A stretch of 64,000 bases of DNA. It comes from Octopus vulgaris (lineage: Eukaryota). The translations under genes and the position numbers were made by a program. Below, piece by piece: positions 53,526-64,000 of the stretch (its first letter is position 1; each line of letters begins with the position of its first letter). Where the stretch lies: positions 88,722,001-88,786,000 of the forward strand of contig OX597814.1 of NCBI GenBank assembly GCA_951406725.2. The letters are read 5' to 3'. The notes beneath the pieces were generated by a model. The model had not been told where the DNA came from, did not search any database, and saw only the letters and a list, made by a program, of their open reading frames with translations.

Positions 53526-54751
53526 TGAGAGATATAGATAAAAACATATATGTCCGCGTGCATATTCTTCTGGGGTATCTATATACTCTGGACTATATTT
53601 CAACAACAAAAATAAAGACTAAGCGTGTATGGTCTGACGAAATCATTTATTAGTAATATGAGATAACGTATACACAAACAAATTGGAAAGTGAAATTTTC
53701 GTCAAATATAGGTCAGTCGGCTAAAATTAAATGAAATTGTTAAAGAAAGCAGGCGGAACAAGCTTACAAATCTCTAATTGCGTTTCAATCCCGTTACCTG
53801 ACATAGGTAAGTCCAGCCATCTCCAATTATTTGTATATAATTCTTAATTATGAATATAGTTAGAAATTTCTTTAACAAGTATGTATATAATGTATGTAAG
53901 TACGTATATCATCTATACGTACGTAGCTGGATAGATATTTGTGTGAATGTATGTATGTATATGGATATATATATATTCAGTAGTATTGTTAGAATCTTTG
54001 AATGTTATAAAATTTTCGTCACGTTTCATTTTGCTTGTTTAAAAAACAGTAGAAATAATTGAGTGCCTTTAAATGTCAGACCGCAGCAACAGTATAGATT
54101 TCTGTGTCAAGCAGGTACATTCAGAATATGACAGAATCGTCCGTTTCTTATCACGTTCATCTCTGTGTACCAAATGTCTAGCGAAGCTTCAAGAAAATTT
54201 CCATTCATAACATATATATTAGCAGACTAAAACATATTCGTTTCAGATTTTAGCAGAAGGTTGGAAATTTCTGGGTAGGGGTAAGTCGATTCAACATGTA
54301 CTTATGTTATTGACCCCGAAATTTTCGACTTACTCTGCCCGTTTCTTTGGACTGGAACAAGCTCATCTCGTAGGAACATTGATATGTTACTGAAATTCCA
54401 AAACATGGAACAGTAATTAAGAAAACATCCACAACAAAAATCTCCATAAAAAATCTCACAAATACATTAATACACACGCTTGGGTATGTATGTATGTATG
54501 TATGCATGCATGTATGTATGTATGTATGTATGTATGTATGTATGTATGTATGTATGTATGTATGTATGTATGTATGTATGTGTACGTACATGCATATGTG
54601 TGTGTATGTGTGTGTATACAGAGTGGCACCTTGGACAAGTGCCTTCTAAAACAGCCCCCGACCCATGCCTGGTGAATGGATTTGGTAGACGGGAACTGAA
54701 AGTATGTGTGTATATATAGGTTGGGATATTTTCTTTATAGAAACAGCCTGA

Positions 54752-54796
54752 TACACGTACAAACGTTTCAGATCTATTAGATTCTCATCAGATGCA
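54752..54796 (-). ncRNA. Minimal hammerhead motif
   Basis: Reverse complement: tgcat-CTGATGA-gaatcta(a)tagatct-GAAA-cgtttg-TA-cgtgta. Confidence 0.6.
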
Positions 54797-55112
54797 AGTA
54801 AAATTTTTATCAATTTGTAACGGTTGTACGTTCGTGGTTGTGTGACAGCAAGTTCACTTTACATCGAAGTGACTCCAGAATAATTTAATTTCCACTTGGC
54901 GGTACATTTGACAAGGGATTTCTGTCTAGACTCGGTTTGATTTATACTTTGTGAATGCAGTTTAATGAACGGAAACGTTTCACAACCCCACCTACTACAC
55001 ATACGTACATACATACATGCATGCATACATACATGCATACATGCATACATGCATACATTTGTGTGTGTGTGGGTGTGTGGTATTGAACACACGCGCGCGC
55101 ACAAACACGAGT

Positions 55113-55328
55113 TACTCTTTTACTTGTTTCAGTCATTTAGCTGTGGCCATGCTGGAGCACCGCCTTTTAGTCGAGCAAATCGACCCAGGACTTATTCTTT
55201 GTAAGCCTAGTACCTATTCTATCGGTCTCTTTTGCCGAACCGCTAAATTACGGGAACGTAAACACACCAGCATCGGTTGTCAAGCGATGTTGGGGGAATA
55301 AACACAGACACACAAACATATACACACT

Positions 55329-55394
<66 letters not shown>

Positions 55395-55551
55395 ACGACG
55401 GGTTTCTTTCAGTTTCCGTCTACCAAATCCACTCACAAGGCTTTAGTCAGCCCAAGGCTATAGTAGAAGACACTTGCCCAAGGTGCCACGCAGTGGGGCT
55501 CAACCTGGAACCATGTGGTTGGTAATCAAGCTACTTACCACACAGCCACTC
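55113..55551 (-). mobile_element. SINE family B, full copy
   Basis: Collinear with 26316-26755. Confidence 0.92.
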
Positions 55552-56382
55552 AAATGCCCATAGAAGTTACGGAAAAATTTTATGAGTGTGTATGTCATTG
55601 ACCATTTATGTCTTTATGTGTTTGACATCACCGGCCAAAACGGTAATTTATCTAATTGGTAAAAATATAGTTTTAAAATAAGTACACTGTATCATATGAT
55701 CACCTGCCTCCCGTAGACTATAAAGCAAAGCTATATGAAAACAGAAATTTGCAGCAAAGTTGTGTGATAGTGGTGTCAGTCGTAGCATGCAGACCATCAT
55801 ATAATTTTTATTCTCTTCTTCCGTTTATTCTATTCTTCCGTTTCATTTGACATGCGCATTGAGTTTTTATTCTTCTCTTCCGTTTTTTGAATTCAGTGTG
55901 CACGTGTGCATTGCGTGTTCATATTTCGCTTTCCGGTTTTTATTCAAAACTGTTGATATATCACAACCTTACACGAACGTGCGTTCGTGAGGAGCACTAT
56001 TCGCTCCGATCGTTGTAAAAATAATATAAACAGATAATACAACCAAACTTTGTAGAATTCCCAACAGCGATAGACACATAATAATGGAAAATATTGTATT
56101 GCAAAACCAGATTTACATATAACTCGCAAGCAACATGCATACGTCAAAAATAGGATGACTTCATCACCGATGATGTGAAATGGCAAAAACGCGTATTTTT
56201 GGAAACATATTTTCATAGCCAAAATAGGAATATGATGACGTGGAAAATATGAAACCAATGACGTGGATCACTGACAGTCTAACTATAAAAGTATAGCTAC
56301 AAAATCTATATAAATACTGGTTATAATATATGCATAAACAAAAACTGCCCACTATAAACTGTGGTAGTACAGAAGAGGACGC

Positions 56383-56438
56383 CATTCCATGTCCCGAAGA
56401 CCATGAGGGTCACATAACTTGAAACGTAGATAGAAATG
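56383..56438 (+). ncRNA. Degenerate hammerhead motif, CCGAAGA core
   Basis: cattccatgtc-CCGAAGA-(20 nt, weak stem II)-GAAA-cg-TA-gatagaaatg. Confidence 0.45.
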
Positions 56439-56687
56439 AATTAAGAACTTTATCGCGCCAAACTAACTACATTGATTTGATATGTAGGCACGAAAACAAA
56501 AAAACAAAACAAAAAACAATGAAAATGTAATAATTAGAACACAGTCGTCATTTCAGGACATGCAGTGAAGAGCTTTGTAGAAATGGTATCGCCTTGTTTC
56601 AGGCTTTTCCTGGGTGGAACTCTTACGGATAGTGATAGCAGAGCAATATCGGTTGTACATCCCGAGTTCACCTCGTTGAGAAGTTTG

Positions 56688-56742
<55 letters not shown>

Positions 56743-56774
56743 AATATAATATGTGACAATTATTCGGTTGCTAT

Positions 56775-56835
56775 GATAAGACTCCGAGTTTCAGATGTCG
56801 GGGCGGAAACCTGCACCGGCATCTCTTCAGTTATC
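56775..56835 (-). ncRNA. Type I hammerhead ribozyme in a 140-bp island between (TA)n arrays
   Basis: Reverse complement: gataa-CTGAAGA-gatgccggtgcaggtttccgccccgacatct-GAAA-ctcggag-TC-ttatc. Confidence 0.85.
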
Positions 56836-56877
56836 GAGGCAATTAAAATATGCTAGGAAAATGACTGGAGTTTTATT

Positions 56878-56955
<78 letters not shown>

Positions 56956-56960
56956 TGTAT

Positions 56961-58175
56961 GGGTCATCCCATAAATAATGCAGATTTTTTAATTGCATGA
57001 ACTAAAAGTCGGAGGGGGACAGGATAAACTACCTGCATCAACTTGCTCTAAAAGGAGGTTGCAATTTTACCTTGGTCTTATTCTTATTACAAGTTTTGAA
57101 GAGAGCAATTCGATTTTAACAAGTATTTTTTCAAATCTATAATGGAAGTGACACTGAAGCATATTCAGCATATTTTTCTTCATGAGTTCAATGAAGGCAA
57201 TAATGCAACGGAAAGTGCGAGCAATATTAATGCAGTATTTGGGGATCGGATAATTAGCGTAAACCAGTGTCAGCGGCGGTTCCAGAAGTTCCGAGCCAGA
57301 AACTACAGCCTAGAAGACAAGCATTGCACAGGAAGATCTGTAGAGTTCGACGAGGACGTCGTGCGGACCCTGATGAAACATAATCTCATCGTAACTGTTA
57401 AGGAACTAGAAGAGTAGCTTGGATTTAGTCATTCAACCATTGATCGACATCTGTGTGCCATCGGAAAAGTCAGCAAAATTGGTCATTCTTCACAAACTTT
57501 CCGAGTATAAACCTGCTTAGAGAGTGAATGTGTGCTCTTCTTTGGTGTCACGTCTAATCAATGAACCTTTTTTGGGGCGAATAATGACTGGTAACGAGAA
57601 ATGGGTTCTCTTTAAAAATATCATGCACCGAAGACAGTGGGTACGGAAAGGAGAAACACCGGCACCCCAGGCTAAAGAAGGTATTCACCCACGTAAGGTA
57701 TTGCTATCTGTTTGGTAGAATATAAAAGATTTAGCCGACTTTGGACTTCTAACCCCAAGTCAAACGATAACAAAGGAGATCCACTGTGAGCAGCTTGAGC
57801 GGCTTAAGTCAGCGCTAGAAGAAAAACGAGCGTCTTTGGTTTCAAGATGAAGTGTGTTCTTCCATCAGGATAATGATCGGCCACATACAGCAAGGATGAC
57901 ATTCCAAAGATTGGAGCAGTTTGAATTGGAATCGATGCCCCACTCACCATATTCACTGGACAGTGTCCCATCTGATTATCATTTATTCTGCAGTCTTCAA
58001 AATCATTTGAACGCAAAAAAAATGAATTCTGTAGATGAGGTCAGAACAGTACTGGAGGAGTATTTTCCGTCACAGACAAGTGAATTTTAGAAGAGGGTCC
58101 TTGCAATTCTACCAGATAGATGGAAGAGCATTATAGAACACGAAGAAGAGTATATATTATATTAAAAAAGAACTT
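56961..58175 (+). mobile_element. Decayed mariner (DD34D) transposon lacking the 3' TIR
   Basis: 5' TIR tcccataaataatgc; MEVTLKHIQHIFLHEF, IMTGNEKW, HQDNDRPH, HSPYSLDSVPSDYHLF; contains stops. Confidence 0.93.
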
Positions 58176-59138
58176 TATGACTATTAGGCAGCTAACAGTA
58201 AATATTTTGTACGTTTAAGAGTAGTAACTTTGAGTCTTTGAGAGATATGGCAGATCAGACAACAGAAGATATGTGTCAAGTACGTGAAGTACTGGATAAA
58301 CCAGAGGCGATATACACTTGCTGCCAAGAGTAATCAGTTCGAAACTGGAACTCTGAACAGTTATCTGACCTGAAGTACTAATAAGTAATATTGTGTGGAA
58401 GAAACATTAGAGAGAGTTGCCTAGTTAAAGCGACACCACTAATAAGAGATGCTATCCATCAACTCTGAATATTTCAGATAAGAATGACTTGTCTTACAAA
58501 ATTGCCTGTCCCAATGATATGCAAATTTTTACCCCTGTTTATGTCTGATTTTATTTTTATTTTTCTAATACAGAATTAAAGTCAACTTTAACTCGTTCCT
58601 GATTCTTCTTAATGTTTCATTTTGTTACTCGCAGCTGTGTTCTGGACTACAACTTTTCCTTTACATAGTCAATATTACAGCGCTACATGCATTACTTGAA
58701 CACCATCATCAGCGCATACAATCAAATTAAATTATATTTAAAGATTACATATAAATTTAGTCCGAATATTAATCTAGCATTGAAGAAGGAATACATTTGT
58801 TTAAGCATGAATATGTAATTGTTTATTGAAAGACTATTCAAAGAACAAAAAACGTGACCTGTAATTTGTTAATTTGATATTTTATGCAAGTTGAAAGGAC
58901 AAACTGTTGGCTTCTCAGCTAATGTGTTGCTAATTGATATGTTGTTTCTGGAGTTGCACTACTGAAATACCAAATCCCTGAAACCTTTGTTGCTTTATTC
59001 ATTTATGAGGTTAAAAGCAGAATACTTAAGGAGATAGATCTTTGAAACAGAGGCATGAATGTATATACTGTGTTGAGAGCGTATCTTCATATGCAAATAA
59101 TAATAATAATGGAAGGCAAAAAAAAAAAGAAATAGACC

Positions 59139-59550
59139 AGGAATGGCTGTGTGGTAAGTAACTTGCTTACCAGCCACATGGTTCCGGGTTCAGTCCCACT
59201 GCGTGGCACCTTGGGCAAGTATCTTCTACTATAGCCTCGAGCAGACCAAAGCCTTGTGAGTGGATTTTGTAGACGGAAGCTGAAAGAAGCCCGTCATATA
59301 TATGTATATATATGCATGCATATATGTGTATATGTTTGTGTGTTTGAGTTTGTCCTCCCCGCCTCAACATCGCTTAACAACCGATGCTGGTATGTTTACA
59401 TCCCCGTAACTTAGGGGTTCGGCAAAAGAGACTGATAGAATAAGTACTAGGCTTCTAAAGAATAAGTCCTGGGATCGATTTGCTCAACTAAAGGTGATGC
59501 TCCAACATGGCCACAGTCAAATGACTGAAACAAGTAAAAGAGTAAGAGTA
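59139..59550 (+). mobile_element. SINE family B, full copy
   Basis: Head aggaatggctgtgtggtaag to tail gtaaaagagtaagag. Confidence 0.92.
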
Positions 59551-59551
59551 A

Positions 59552-59755
59552 TCATCTTGAGTATGAAATGGCCCGGCTATGGAAAATCAAGAAGAAGATA
59601 GTGCCAGTTATTGTTGCGTCCTTGGGGACAGTATTAGATATTTGAAAAGAACAGATAGCACGATACCATAGGCTACAGGTAGCAAACCCGCTACGCATGC
59701 AAAACTCCAAGGGTTACAACAAAACTTCAGCTAAAAGGAATAATGATAATAATAA
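59552..59755 (+). mobile_element. R4/Dong-like 3' end
   Basis: LEYEMARLWKIKKKIVPVIVASLGTV (RLE C-terminus), then a UTR and an (AAT)n tail. Confidence 0.65.
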
Positions 59756-60376
59756 ATGCATAAATAAGCGAAGTTCGACTGAGATTAAATGGCCTGCATG
59801 CTTTTATCGCTGTAAGTAGCAGTATCAGTGAAATTTTTGCAAACCATTCCTAGAACTGTGAGTAAGTATTCAGAAAACAGAATAATTCCCATGTGATACA
59901 GGCGACATTGACCGCAGTTCATCAAAACAAAATTTGGTTATCATGGAGAGACTTTAGACGTAACTATTACATTTTCTTTGCCATTGTTTACATGTATGTT
60001 TTATCAATGTTTGTTATCTGCTTTAGTCGTAATCAGTTTATGGGGGTAAATATAAATAGAAGTACACGTAAACTATTTGATTGTGTGTAGCTTTATGTTT
60101 GTTTAAAATCACTTAGCTTCGCCTTTGATCCCATTACAAGTGTCTTGCAACGCATACACAAATCCGCGCGCTTGTGTACGTCTGCATCAGCAAAGACTTG
60201 TGCGATCAATGTGTCGACGAAAATTAAATTATGATATTTATATAGTGGTTACGCGTCTTTACACACAAGTCACTTTGTCTTTTCTCTTTATAATGAGGAT
60301 AAAATAAGAAGCAAGCAAAGTACTGAGAGCTTTGCTTGATTGCAAAGATCACATTCTGCAGTGGTGTTGGGAGAAT

Positions 60377-60971
60377 GGCAAGACATCCTTTTGTACCCCC
60401 CCACCAAAAAAAAAACGCCCTTCTTTTAATTTAATTTTTTCACACACACACACACCCGTTTTCGGCTACAGAGAATACGAATCTGCAAAATAATCTGCAT
60501 TTTGAAATTACCCCCTCCGCCATTCACTAAATTCTTCATTTTCAACTTTTTTTTGTTAAAATATGCGGAAAATACGGAGATAATGATTCTAAAAAAATTT
60601 CTAAAAATTTTTCTACTTAGGATTAGGGTTAGGGTTAGGATTTTAGGATTAGGGATAGAGTTTTAGGGTTATGGTTAGGGTTTTAGGGTTAGGGTTAGGG
60701 TTTTAGCGTTAGAGTTTTAGGGTTAGGGTTTTATGGTTAAGGTTAGGGTTAGGGTTTTAGGGTTAGGATTGGGGTTTTAGGGTCAGGGTTAGGGAAAAAA
60801 GTGAAAAATGAAGAAATTGGGGGTAGAGGGGTGAGAGGTCAAGCAATTGCAAAATTCTGATTTTTGGCAATATTCCTGAATCTCTGTATCCGAAAACGTG
60901 ACGTTTTGACAAAAAAAAATTAAAAAGAACATTAATTTGCGAGAAAATGGGGTGGGAGGAAGAAGTCTTTC
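60377..60971. mobile_element. Foldback/MULE-like MITE enclosing telomere-type repeats
   Basis: ~180-bp imperfect TIRs (cgttttcggctacagaga / tctctgtatccgaaaacg); flanking tgggagaat (60368) and tgggagaac (60972). Confidence 0.7.
60617..60794 (+). repeat. Degenerate (TTAGGG)/(TTTTAGGG) array
   Basis: Seen directly. Confidence 0.95.
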
Positions 60972-61559
60972 TGGGAGAACTATGATCGGCAAAAATCTGG
61001 TGTTTCAGCATGGCTGTAGTCCATTGACTGAATTCAGTAAGATTTTTTTTTAAGTAAGAAGTAACGCTAATTGGTTGTGGCGTTTCGGCATAGGCGAGCA
61101 GAAAGGGGGAGGGGGAGGGAGAAAAAATCTAAATTACTACATCCCGCAGTGATCATAGTAGATACCAATAGTACAAACAACAATATTCACACAAAACTGC
61201 AGGTAGACGCACACCACAAGCAAAGTGAAAAGGAATAGACGTTACGGCGTGAGAGACACCGTAACGTCTATTACAAAAACACTAATGATTTGCGCTCTGG
61301 TTTTTTTTCTATTTTTGCGTTTCAGCGCTTTGATCTTGAACTGAACTATTCAACAGTTTATCTTCTTTATCTTGTTTTGCTCTATTTCTTCTGCCATTTT
61401 GGATGATTTTGGAGGATGTCGCATGTGTGTGACTCAGTCAACATTTTTGATAGCGCTTTGTAAAGTTTTGTCATCTTTCTTTTCTTTTTTTCTCTCCTTC
61501 ATTCTTTCTTTTTTCTTCTTTCCCCCCACCTTATTCTTGTATATTCGTTGCTCTTTATC

Positions 61560-63910
61560 TCCCAATCACCGACGACTGCCGATTGGGGCGGGGGTTGCCA
61601 CCACTTTGACCTTCACCATTCTTGGTGGCGGAGGCATGCGCCGAACGACCAAGTGGAGCGACTATGTGACAATAGATCAACCTCTGACCTCTTATTCTCC
61701 ACCAACTTCGGTACGCTCGAGAGAAGCTAACCTCTCTCCACCACGGATTTCGAACGGAATTAACACGACCAACCCCTCTACTCCTACAACTTTCAACCCA
61801 CCACCACCAGATCTTCGTTCCAGACCCACCAATGGAAAAGGAATTAACCCTGCCAACCCCACCACAACTTTTAACCCTACTGTTTCAGGTACAGGAATTG
61901 ATGGCCGTAGGCTTCAACACCTCAAGGACGGTATCTCTTTATCGGCTGGTGACGCCGGACTTGAGATCTTGGAGAGTTTGACTTAGTTTGTGAATCAGTT
62001 CCCTTCAGTGAACGTCCTTCCTTATATCCGCCCACTATTTCGGGGAAAAATTATTCGGGCTCACCAAACTCAATGGAGACCTGCGCCCCATTGCGGTCGG
62101 CTGCACCCTTCGCCGTCTCACTTTATTATTATTAGAGGAGGGATGAATTTCCCCCACTCAGCTAGGTGTAGGCACCAAATTTGGATGTGAAGTTGCTGCC
62201 CACGCTACCAGAGCCTATTCCAACTTGCCCTCCTTGTCACCGAAGGTCATCTTCAAACTTGACCTAAAGAATGCCTTCAACTCCATCAGCGCGATGCTGT
62301 CCTTAGCTCAGTAAGAGAGGAGGTCCCACAACTCTATCGTCTCTTTCGGTGACCAAATCATCACCTCCGTCTCAGGAGTCCAACAGAGCGACCCACTCAG
62401 GCCCGCTCTGTTCGCACTGGGCATTGATGACATCACCAAAATGGGCGTCGAGCTACACCTCAACGTCAGGTATCTCGACGATGCTTGTTTGGAGGGTTCT
62501 CCGGACAGGGTTTTCGGCATTACAAACATGATGGCTGGAGAGCTTGGTTGCAATTGCTGAAAAAATATTGAAGCTATCGAACCTCATCAAGGTTTCTTCA
62601 TACTTAGGAATTACCTCTCGATCCCTAAGTTTCTATATTTACTCAGAGTCAGCTCATCTTACCGATTCCCATCGTGCCTCCAACGCTTCGACAACCTAAT
62701 CTTTGAGAGACTCGAATGCTTAGTCAGTGTCAGACTCTCTCCAACGTCCCACGACCAGGTTGCATTGCCCAAGCGATTTTGAGGTCTTGGTCTTCGTAAG
62801 TGTTCGTCCCTCTCTCTCTCTCCTGTTACCTTTCTTCCACCCACACCTGCTCCACCCTAGTGAGCAACATCCTCTCCTCTCCAACATAGACCAGTCCCAA
62901 CAGGGAGATGGATGAAACTCTCCAACACTGGAGGAAATTGGGCTTGTCTGCTCCTGAGAAGGTGGAGGACTGTTGGTGTCAGATAGCTTGGGACAACATA
63001 ATTTCGAAGGCCACCTTTGACTTCCTCTTAATCCAGTCAGACAAGTTTTCAAGTGCCAAATACTCAGGTGACTAGAATGATGCTATCGCTGTGGCTAATG
63101 TTGGTGGCCTACTCAGCTTGGACGAACTTCGTGCCTCCATTGCCCTCAGAGTGGGAGCTGACGTATGTACAGGTTTGATCTGTCGTTATGGCAGGCTCCT
63201 CGACTTCACAGGCCTCTATGGCCTTACTTACCGCCTGAATGCTGGTCGCTTCACGCATCATACGGAGTTGAACCTGATACTCATGAGGAACCTGGCCCGA
63301 GCAAACATCCCCTCCATCTTGGAACCGTCTGGATTGTCCAGATGTGATGGGAAGAGACCTGGCGACCTCACACTGTGCCCCTGGTCGCAAGGCAGATGCT
63401 TTGTGTGGGATGTCATAGTTAGCAACTCTTTAGCTTCTTCTCACATCCTGGATGCTGTGGTCAGGGCGAGATCCACAGCTTCTGCGGCCGAATGGAGCAA
63501 AATCCTGAAATACCACGATCTGTCGGCCAGCTACATTTTCCATCCTTTGGCGTTCGAGACGTTTGGTGGGGTCGGACTATTAACTGCGAGATTCCTGTCT
63601 TCACTGGCAACTCGCCTTGCAGAGGTAACTGATGAGGCTCGTGAGGGCGCTTGTCTGTTCCAGAGCATCAGCCTCGCCATCACCCGCAGCAACGCTGTCA
63701 GCGTGCTGGCGTGTCTCAATAGCCATTAGAGAAGTTTCTCAGCGCCCCAACTTTTCAACCCAAGGTGACGAATTGTTTTAGTTTTTTTCTTTTTTCTCTT
63801 CTTTCTTTTTCTCTTTTTTAAAAGTTTTTTTTTTCAATTGTGTTCTCTGTTTTGTCCAGTTTTCTTGCTTGATTTTTTAAAAACGGTAAACACTGTGAAG
63901 GCAATAAAAG
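61560..63910 (+). mobile_element. Decayed CRE-clade non-LTR retrotransposon (RT + restriction-like endonuclease)
   Basis: DLRPIAVGCTLRRL, QLGVG...GCE, KLDLKNAFNSI, GVQQSDPL, YLDD; RLE DGKRPGDLTLCPW..GR..VWDV, PLAFETFG, FQSISLAI.R.NA; AATAAA near 63903; 5' boundary approximate. Confidence 0.92.
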
Positions 63911-64000
63911 GAATATACATGCATGAAATTATCTCTTTAAAGCAGCGCATCTTAAACTTTTTTCATTCATGACTCCATTTTCATCACGAAATATTCACAA

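Noticed and set aside
61372-61986. 204-aa ORF as a host gene
   Set aside because: It has a non-ATG start and a low-complexity N-terminus, and it runs into the decayed CRE ORF.
60617-63910. CRE element as a telomere-targeted insertion, or a true telomere
   Set aside because: The array lies inside its own inverted-repeat element roughly 0.8 kb from the CRE, and no TTAGGG follows the CRE 3' end.

Overview
AT-rich, microsatellite-saturated eukaryotic DNA, almost certainly intronic or intergenic. The SINE set and repeat landscape suggest a coleoid cephalopod such as Octopus (inference). No intact host gene is supported, and most listed ORFs are (TA)n/(TG)n/(TATG)n artefacts. The window holds three tRNA-derived SINE families (about 30 copies) and decayed Gypsy, Tc1, mariner, RTE, CR1/L2, R4/Dong-like and CRE elements. 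It also holds Penelope-like (PLE, GIY-YIG) remnants, MITEs, and an ORF1-only L1/Tx1-like insert. The main unexplained signal is about a dozen type I hammerhead-ribozyme motifs of several unrelated families, mostly in short islands beside (TA)n arrays. They include recurrent CCGANGA and U3-A8 core variants and a roughly 426-nt retrozyme-like tandem/inverted unit at 14.7-15.7 kb. All structures were read by eye and none is computationally or biochemically confirmed.
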